Assembly (NCBI GenBank): GCA_041500865.1
Contig: JBGQMY010000026.1
Location: forward strand, 1-12,688
DNA length: 12,688 nt
Direction: 5' to 3'
Source: Candidatus Micrarchaeia archaeon
GTDB lineage: Archaea > Micrarchaeota > Micrarchaeia > Anstonellales > J096
The notes beneath the pieces are model-generated. The model did not search any database. It had not been told where the DNA came from and worked only from the letters and a program-made list of their open reading frames with translations. Positions 7,794-12,688 of the stretch are shown piece after piece. Position numbers and translations under genes: made by a program. Position 1 is the stretch's first letter. Each line of letters starts with the position of its first letter.

Positions 7794-7814
7794 ATTTTAG
7801 GTCAAAACCGGATT

Positions 7815-9068
7815 GTGAAGAAGTTAATCATCGTAATAGACATAGATGACGACCTTGGCAAGAAGGGAAAGGTGGCCGGGCCCGTCATAGGCAGGGAGGA
7901 GAACCTCAACTCCGCAATCAGCCTTGCCATAGCAGACCCGGAGGACCCGGATTCCAACGTCATATTCAAGGCGATTTCCGTATACGACAGGATGAAAAAG
8001 GATAACGAGGACGTTGAGATTGTAACCCTTACGGGGGACCAAAAGCTGGGAATAACGGCAACATCCAAGATATCCAGGCAGCTGGACAGGGTGCTTGCCG
8101 ACCTTCCGGCCTCGTCGTGCTTTCTCATAACGGATGGCGCCAGCGACGAGAGCGTGCTTCCGGTCATCCAGTCAAGGCTGAAGGTTGACGGCATACACAA
8201 CATCTACATAAAGCAGGCCAGGGAGCTGGAGAAGACGTATTTCGTGATAATAGAGAAGCTGAGGGACCCGACCTACGCAAAGATACTGCTCGGCGGCCCT
8301 GCGCTGATTCTCCTGGCCATATCATTGATGTACCTGCTGAACCTGCCGTGGCAGCTGATGGGGGCCCTGCTGGGAATGGTTCTTTTGATATACGGCTTCG
8401 GGCTCCACCATTACATGGACAAGATAGCCCGCTCCATAGAGATAAAGAAGAACAGGTCGTTGAACAATGTGGTATGGATAATACTGTCCATATTGATCAT
8501 AATAGGCATAATGGCGGCCAGCGCAGCGGTCACACAGGCGCAGGGCCTCGGGTTCAGGGGCATAGAGGTCTGGGCCTATGTCGGGGACGTTGTTCTGAAC
8601 ATACTGCTGTTCATGGCGCTGATGGTGTCCCTTGCCAAGTTTGTTGACGCATACTTCAGGAAAAGCGGCATAAACCAGATAGCGGCAGTCAACTTCATCG
8701 TGAAATTCATTGCCGTATTCCTCGTTGCGAAGATAGGCGCGCAATGGATAATGAACAGCCCTTCGGGAATCCTGGGCCTCCAGTATGTCTCGTTCGGCAA
8801 CTTCATAGAGACTAGCCTTGCGATAATGGTGGCGTCGTACATAATAACGAAGTACCTTGACAGCATAAAGACCGACATGCTGATAACGTCCATAGAAAGC
8901 GGGGGCAACGTGATGTCGGAGGACGGGAGCATGATGGGCTCAACGGTCGGGGTCGACCCGAAGGAGCAGGTCATAAAGGTCAAGACCCAGCTCAACAGGA
9001 TAACCAAGATTCCCATAGACAAGGTAATATCCATTTCGCCCAACAACGACATTATAGTGGAAGATTAG
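7815..9068 (+). CDS. DUF373 family archaeal membrane protein with extra C-terminal beta-rich domain
   Basis: KKLIIVIDIDDDLGKK...GPVIGRE...LAIADPEDPDSN...ITDGASDESVLPVIQSR...KQARELEKTY followed by about 6 TM helices. Start reassigned to GTG 7815 on family N-terminus and TATA spacing. Confidence 0.9.
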   Translation: MKKLIIVIDIDDDLGKKGKVAGPVIGREENLNSAISLAIADPEDPDSNVIFKAISVYDRMKKDNEDVEIVTLTGDQKLGITATSKISRQLDRVLADLPASSCFLITDGASDESVLPVIQSRLKVDGIHNIYIKQARELEKTYFVIIEKLRDPTYAKILLGGPALILLAISLMYLLNLPWQLMGALLGMVLLIYGFGLHHYMDKIARSIEIKKNRSLNNVVWIILSILIIIGIMAASAAVTQAQGLGFRGIEVWAYVGDVVLNILLFMALMVSLAKFVDAYFRKSGINQIAAVNFIVKFIAVFLVAKIGAQWIMNSPSGILGLQYVSFGNFIETSLAIMVASYIITKYLDSIKTDMLITSIESGGNVMSEDGSMMGSTVGVDPKEQVIKVKTQLNRITKIPIDKVISISPNNDIIVED

Positions 9069-9081
9069 GCAGCCAATAGCG

Positions 9082-9110
9082 TTTTAATCTGTTTGCCGCA
9101 CAATAAAGGC
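9082..9110 (+). promoter_or_regulatory. Putative TATA box plus CACAAT element for ANK-4
   Basis: TTTTAA(9082-9087)-N11-CACAAT(9099-9104)-N6-ATG(9111). Confidence 0.65.
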
Positions 9111-9926
9111 ATGGAAGAGCGCAGGACGTTCCGCGAAAGGGCAAAGGGTGCTGCAAAGGCATCAGCCAAATTTCTGAAAAAGCTTAGCCCAGAGCGCGCC
9201 ATGTCCAGACTAAGGCTGAACATGGAACTTGACAAAGCCCTGTCTGCTATAGATAAAAACACGAACACAAACTGGCTCAAGAATATAATGGAGCTTGTCC
9301 AGAAAGGCGCAAACCCAAACCTGCAGACCATGGACGGATATACTCCATTGTTCTCGGCTGTAAAGGAGGGCAATGCCGAGGCATGCGCATTTCTCATTGG
9401 AAAGGGAGCGGATGTCAGCGCAGCGAACAAGCACGGCAGGACAGCATTGCACGCTGCTGCACGCTGGGGACGCACTGAAATCTGTGTCTTGATTATAAGG
9501 GAATATGCAAAGGCAGGCCGGAACGTAACTAACCTTATCGCCGCAAAGGACGGAATCAACGAGACACCTCTGCACGATGCCGCAAGCAAAGGGAATGCCG
9601 AAACCTGCGCGCTGCTGATAAAAGAATATTCAAAGGCAGGCGGAGACGCGGATAAACTCGTCGCCGCAAAGAACGATTACAAAAATATGGCCCTGCACCT
9701 TGCCGCATCCAATGGGCATACTAAAACCTGCGCGCTGCTGATAGAAAAAGGCTCCGATATCGCCGCAAAGGGCGATAAAGGCAGGACAGCCGAGGATTTT
9801 GCCTTTTTTGCCGAAGGCAAAACCACCATGCATTTCCTCATTTTAATCAAAAAGCTTAGCGCAGCCATGGGAAAAGAGGCGTTCAGCTCGTTCATGAAAT
9901 CATTCGGCGACTGCGTTGCAGGATGA
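9111..9926 (+). CDS. Ankyrin repeat protein (ANK-4)
   Basis: GYTPLFSAV, GRTALHAAARWG, ETPLHDAASKG and MALHLAASNGH repeats, two of them 41 aa long. Ends FMKSFGDCVAG. Start set to ATG 9111 from the shared upstream motif. Confidence 0.94.
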   Translation: MEERRTFRERAKGAAKASAKFLKKLSPERAMSRLRLNMELDKALSAIDKNTNTNWLKNIMELVQKGANPNLQTMDGYTPLFSAVKEGNAEACAFLIGKGADVSAANKHGRTALHAAARWGRTEICVLIIREYAKAGRNVTNLIAAKDGINETPLHDAASKGNAETCALLIKEYSKAGGDADKLVAAKNDYKNMALHLAASNGHTKTCALLIEKGSDIAAKGDKGRTAEDFAFFAEGKTTMHFLILIKKLSAAMGKEAFSSFMKSFGDCVAG

Positions 9927-9931
9927 TGACT

Positions 9932-9960
9932 TTTTAATCTCTTTTATGCACAATGGAGCC
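9932..9960 (+). promoter_or_regulatory. Putative TATA box plus CACAAT element for ANK-5
   Basis: TTTTAA(9932-9937)-N11-CACAAT(9949-9954)-N6-ATG(9961). Confidence 0.65.
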
Positions 9961-10416
9961 ATGCAGAAAAGGGAGCTTCAAAAGAATGCGCAGGCAAAGG
10001 CGCCAGCTAAGCTAAACGCGGGCGCAATGCCAAGCGAAAAGCCACCGCTATCAGAAGAAAAGCAGAAACAGCTCAATGGCATGCTGTTGGATGCCGCTGA
10101 AAACGGCAAAACAAAAAGAGCGGAAAGATTGTTAAAAGTTGGCGCAAGCATCGAGGCAAAGGACAATGACGGCTGGACCCCGCTCATGTGGGCCGCATGG
10201 AACGGACGCACCCCAACCTGCGCCTTGCTGCTTTCAAAAGGCGCAGATGTGAACGCGAAGGCTGGAAAAGGGGATTGGAAGGGCATGACTGCGTCCTCAA
10301 TCGCCGAAAAGGGCAACAAAAAGAAAACGGCTGCATTCCTCAAGACCATGGAATGGCTTGCCGGTATAACTGGAAATGCGTTTATGAAACCGTTCGCGGA
10401 ATGCATTGCAGGATGA
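9961..10416 (+). CDS. Ankyrin repeat protein (ANK-5), short paralog of ANK-1
   Basis: MQKRELQ...MLLDAAENGKTKRAERLLKVGASIEAKDNDGWTPLMWAAWNGRTPTCALLLSKGADVNAK...FMKPFAECIAG. Start ATG 9961 aligns with the ANK-1 start. Confidence 0.94.
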   Translation: MQKRELQKNAQAKAPAKLNAGAMPSEKPPLSEEKQKQLNGMLLDAAENGKTKRAERLLKVGASIEAKDNDGWTPLMWAAWNGRTPTCALLLSKGADVNAKAGKGDWKGMTASSIAEKGNKKKTAAFLKTMEWLAGITGNAFMKPFAECIAG

Positions 10417-10417
10417 T

Positions 10418-10446
10418 TTTTAACACCTTCGCCGCACAATAAGGGC
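10418..10446 (+). promoter_or_regulatory. Putative TATA box plus CACAAT element for ANK-6
   Basis: TTTTAA(10418-10423)-N11-CACAAT(10435-10440)-N6-ATG(10447). Confidence 0.65.
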
Positions 10447-10476
10447 ATGTAGGAAAGGAAGCCGCTCCTAAGGCGG

Positions 10477-11097
10477 ATGATGGAAAAGAGAAGAGTAAGG
10501 ATACGTGAGGCATTCGCCAAGGCAAGGAGAATTCTATTCCACAAAATGGATTCGGAGAAGCTGGCATTATCCTCAGAAGAGCAGAAGCGGCTCAACGATG
10601 CGCTCCTCAATGCAGCATGGCATGGCAACAACGCGGAATTAGTGAGGCTCATCAAGGCCGGTGCGGATATTTCCGCAAAGAACAGCGAAGGTTGGGGGGA
10701 TGCATTGACGGTCTTATGGGAAGCCATAGACAGAGGATACAACCAAACCTGCGCCCTGATTATAGAGGAATATGCAAAGGCCGGCGGAAACATAAAGAGA
10801 TTCATCAGCGTAAAGAGCTATGAGAACTGGACAGTCCTGCACCTTGCCGCATCCAATGGACGCACCCAGACCTGCATCCTGCTCATAGAGGAATATGTAA
10901 AATCAGGCGGGAACGCAAATAAACTAATTTCCGCAAAGAACAATGACGGCAAGACCGCGACAATGATTGCCGAAGCAAAACACAAAAAAGAGACAGCTGC
11001 ATTCCTCACGTTCGCGCCTTTTGCGCCAAGGATTTTCGCGGACAGGGAACTGTCCAGTTCATTCTATTCAAGCTTCAATGAATGCATCAGCCAATAG
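10477..11097 (+). CDS. Ankyrin repeat protein (ANK-6); ancestral start probably ATG 10447, now followed by in-frame TAG (possible recent pseudogene)
   Basis: LLNAAWHGNNAELVRLIKAGADISAK, WTVLHLAASNGRTQTC and GKTATMIA repeats; ends FYSSFNECISQ. In-frame ATG-TAG at 10447-10452. Confidence 0.88.
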   Translation: MMEKRRVRIREAFAKARRILFHKMDSEKLALSSEEQKRLNDALLNAAWHGNNAELVRLIKAGADISAKNSEGWGDALTVLWEAIDRGYNQTCALIIEEYAKAGGNIKRFISVKSYENWTVLHLAASNGRTQTCILLIEEYVKSGGNANKLISAKNNDGKTATMIAEAKHKKETAAFLTFAPFAPRIFADRELSSSFYSSFNECISQ

Positions 11098-11115
11098 CAA
11101 AATAGGGGTGGAAAC

Positions 11116-11319
11116 ATGGAAAGGCCTGATATCGGAAAGCCGGCTTTGGGGCCGGGGACGCAGATGCGGCTCGTCGCAAGGACGCAAAGCATAGAAGAAG
11201 CGAACCGCATAGCCGAGCAGTATGAATCAGAGGGCTATGAAACCCAGGTAATGAAGAAGAGGCAGGGCATCCTCGCCATATATGAGGTATGGGCAGGCAA
11301 AAGCGAAACCAGGGCCTGA
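11116..11319 (+). CDS. Small hypothetical protein, possibly SPOR-like/ferredoxin-like fold
   Basis: Strong SD GGGGTGG upstream and ORF fills the intergenic gap. Pattern SIEEANRIAEQYESEGYETQV...YEVWAG recalls the SPOR beta-alpha-beta-beta pattern (weak). Confidence 0.7.
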   Translation: MERPDIGKPALGPGTQMRLVARTQSIEEANRIAEQYESEGYETQVMKKRQGILAIYEVWAGKSETRA

Positions 11320-11335
11320 AGGAGCTGAAAAAACA

Positions 11336-11342
11336 TTTATAA
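11336..11342 (+). promoter_or_regulatory. Putative TATA box for cupredoxin gene pair
   Basis: TTTATAA 22 nt before ATG 11365, preceded by an A-rich BRE-like stretch. Confidence 0.55.
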
Positions 11343-11364
11343 TACTTCGGTTTCATACACATTC

Positions 11365-11718
11365 ATGAAAGAGGTCATCGTACTGCTTGTTCTTGGAATC
11401 CTGCTTGCCGGATGCGCGCAGCAGTCTGCAAACGCCCCTTCGCCGAATATATCAAACCAAACCTTGGTTAGTGCGGCAAACGCAACAGTCCACATAAAGG
11501 GCTTCGCGTTCAACCCTGCGGAGATAACAATCAACAAGGGGGACACAGTCCTGTGGGTGAATGACGACGGCGCGCCGCACCTTGTGAAGTTCGCGGACTT
11601 CCAGTCAGGGACGCTCAGCACAGGCGATTCCTATGGGCACACGTTCAGCGCGGCCGGGGAATATGCATATTCCTGCGGCATCCACCCGTCAATGAAGGGC
11701 AAGGTGACTGTAAAGTGA
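11365..11718 (+). CDS. Cupredoxin (plastocyanin/azurin/halocyanin-like) type 1 copper lipoprotein
   Basis: Lipobox LLAGC; FAFNPAEITINKGDTVLWVN; ligands His (APH) and C-x2-H-x2-M (YSCGIHPSMKG). Confidence 0.93.
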   Translation: MKEVIVLLVLGILLAGCAQQSANAPSPNISNQTLVSAANATVHIKGFAFNPAEITINKGDTVLWVNDDGAPHLVKFADFQSGTLSTGDSYGHTFSAAGEYAYSCGIHPSMKGKVTVK

Positions 11719-11948
11719 CTGTAAGGGACTTCGCATATGGCCTTTTGCTGGGAAAACCGATAGTTGTCTGGCTAGGAATACTGGCGCTCATGCTATTGCT
11801 CAGCGCCGCAGCCGTCATGTTCCTGACATTGCATGCAAGGAAGAAAATACCGTTCGGATGGCACAAGCGGTTCGCGGTTGCTGGGATAATAGTTGCGCTT
11901 ATACACATGGTGCTGGCGCTCTCGGCATACGTGGAACTGGGAATATGA
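11715..11948 (+). CDS. Small two-TM membrane protein with H-x13-H helix (possible heme b-binding)
   Basis: GTGA overlap with the cupredoxin stop; two hydrophobic helices; WHKRFAVAGIIVALIHM. Confidence 0.75.
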   Translation: MTVRDFAYGLLLGKPIVVWLGILALMLLLSAAAVMFLTLHARKKIPFGWHKRFAVAGIIVALIHMVLALSAYVELGI

Positions 11949-12007
11949 CGGGCGTTTCAGCAAGCGCAAAAGCAGGTTTTTAAATTCTCTATTGCAATCA
12001 AACGGGC

Positions 12008-12520
12008 ATGGACGAGAAGGGCAGCGTGATGAAGCGCATAGACGAAATCGTGGAAAAGGGCGGCATCGTTGCTGACGTGTTCACGCATTTCCACGAGAAC
12101 GACCCCGAAAAGCTCAAGAATGCCGCGGTGGCCTTCGCGGCGGCCGTGAAGCAGGAGGACGGCGTCGTATTCTCGCTGAGCGAGATAGCCTCGCCTGAAA
12201 GGCAGGACGACGAGTACACGACCTACGTTGAGACCAGGATAGTGGTCAACGACGTCAAGGCGCTTGCCAGCATCATGATGAAGTACACGCCAGTCGGCCT
12301 GGAGATAGTGAGGCCGGATGTCATCAAGATTAGCGCAATGAACATAAGGGACGTCATGATGAACGTCGCCAACAATATTTTCGACTTGAGGAACTACGTC
12401 TTCAGGAAGGTCATGACGGACGAGGAAAGGGCGAGGATAGCAAAGTACGTCAGCGGCAAGATGAAGGAAGCGGAAAGGCTGAGGAAGGAGGGTGGAAACA
12501 ATGGCACCGCAAAAGGTTAA
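12008..12520 (+). CDS. Uncharacterised archaeal protein
   Basis: 170-aa ORF with housekeeping-like codon usage and TTTTTAAA (11977-11984) upstream. YTTYVE...MMKYTPVGLEIVRP resembles an uncharacterised archaeal family that I cannot name with confidence. Confidence 0.85.
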   Translation: MDEKGSVMKRIDEIVEKGGIVADVFTHFHENDPEKLKNAAVAFAAAVKQEDGVVFSLSEIASPERQDDEYTTYVETRIVVNDVKALASIMMKYTPVGLEIVRPDVIKISAMNIRDVMMNVANNIFDLRNYVFRKVMTDEERARIAKYVSGKMKEAERLRKEGGNNGTAKG

Positions 12521-12688
12521 GACAGGCATGGATGAGCTGGACAGCCAGCTCGGCGGAGGGCTTCCAAAAGGCTCAATAACCACGGTAAGCGGCTCGACAG
12601 GAAGCGGCAAGAGCATATTCGCGATGCAGTTCCTGGTGAATGGCATAAGAAGCTCAGGCGAGCCGGGGCTGTACATAGCGATAGAGGA
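12501..12688 (+). CDS. KaiC/RAD55-like RecA-superfamily ATPase, 3' end truncated by window edge
   Basis: Manual translation: MAPQKVKTGMDELDSQLGGGLPKGSITTVSGSTGSGKSIFAMQFLVNGIRSSGEPGLYIAIE. Contains Walker A GSTGSGKS and GEPGLY motifs; SD GGAGGGTGG upstream. Confidence 0.92.
   Translation, partial: MAPQKVKTGMDELDSQLGGGLPKGSITTVSGSTGSGKSIFAMQFLVNGIRSSGEPGLYIAIE

Noticed and set aside
7680..7814. Hydrophobic N-terminal extension of DUF373 and extended rpoL start at 7795
   Set aside because: Both overlap the opposite gene or the shared TATA box; GTG 7815 and ATG 7750 fit the family N-termini and promoter/SD spacing.
10450..10452. TAG recoding (Gln or pyrrolysine) as the explanation for the ANK-6 codon-2 stop
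   Set aside because: TAG serves as a normal terminator at 1373-1375, 2281-2283, 9066-9068 and 11095-11097, and no conserved gene in the window has an internal TAG.
9069..11115. Ankyrin array as an integron or a transposon-borne element
   Set aside because: Intergenic gaps are only about 30-40 bp with no attC-like palindromes, terminal inverted repeats or target-site duplications that I could see, and there is no integrase or transposase in the window.
11957..12676. 239-aa minus-strand ORF
   Set aside because: It is antisense to the 12008 gene and the KaiC-like ATPase, which has a clear Walker A motif on the plus strand.
12501..12688. Circadian kaiC or radA assignment
   Set aside because: Only the first 62 codons are visible, and they fit the broad archaeal KaiC/RAD55-like family. 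RadA would have an N-terminal HhH domain, so no gene symbol is assigned.

Overview
Gene-dense archaeal chromosomal window. Class I lysS, Rpo11/RpoL, a Ser-His (S26B) signal peptidase, DUF373, a KaiC/RAD55-type ATPase, and TATA boxes about 23 nt upstream of start codons all indicate Archaea. A DPANN lineage such as Micrarchaeota is plausible, but that is inference. The housekeeping genes (MBL-fold hydrolase, lysS-tsaC, rpoL-signal peptidase-HIT, DUF373, cupredoxin) are interspersed with six paralogous ankyrin-repeat genes, the most interesting signal here. Five of the six share an identically spaced upstream element, TTTTA(A/G)-N11-CA(C/T)AAT-N6-ATG. Four of the five complete genes end in a conserved F-x-x-(S/P)-F-x-x-C-(I/V)-(A/S)-x tail that is CaaX-like. 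They also have basic N-terminal leaders, vary in repeat number, vary mainly at the target-binding positions of the repeat, and include a 41-aa extended repeat variant. One copy has an in-frame TAG at codon 2. Together this looks like a lineage-expanded family of modular binder or effector cassettes with a shared C-terminal sorting or lipidation signal; that function is a hypothesis. No RNA genes, CRISPR arrays or transposases were seen.
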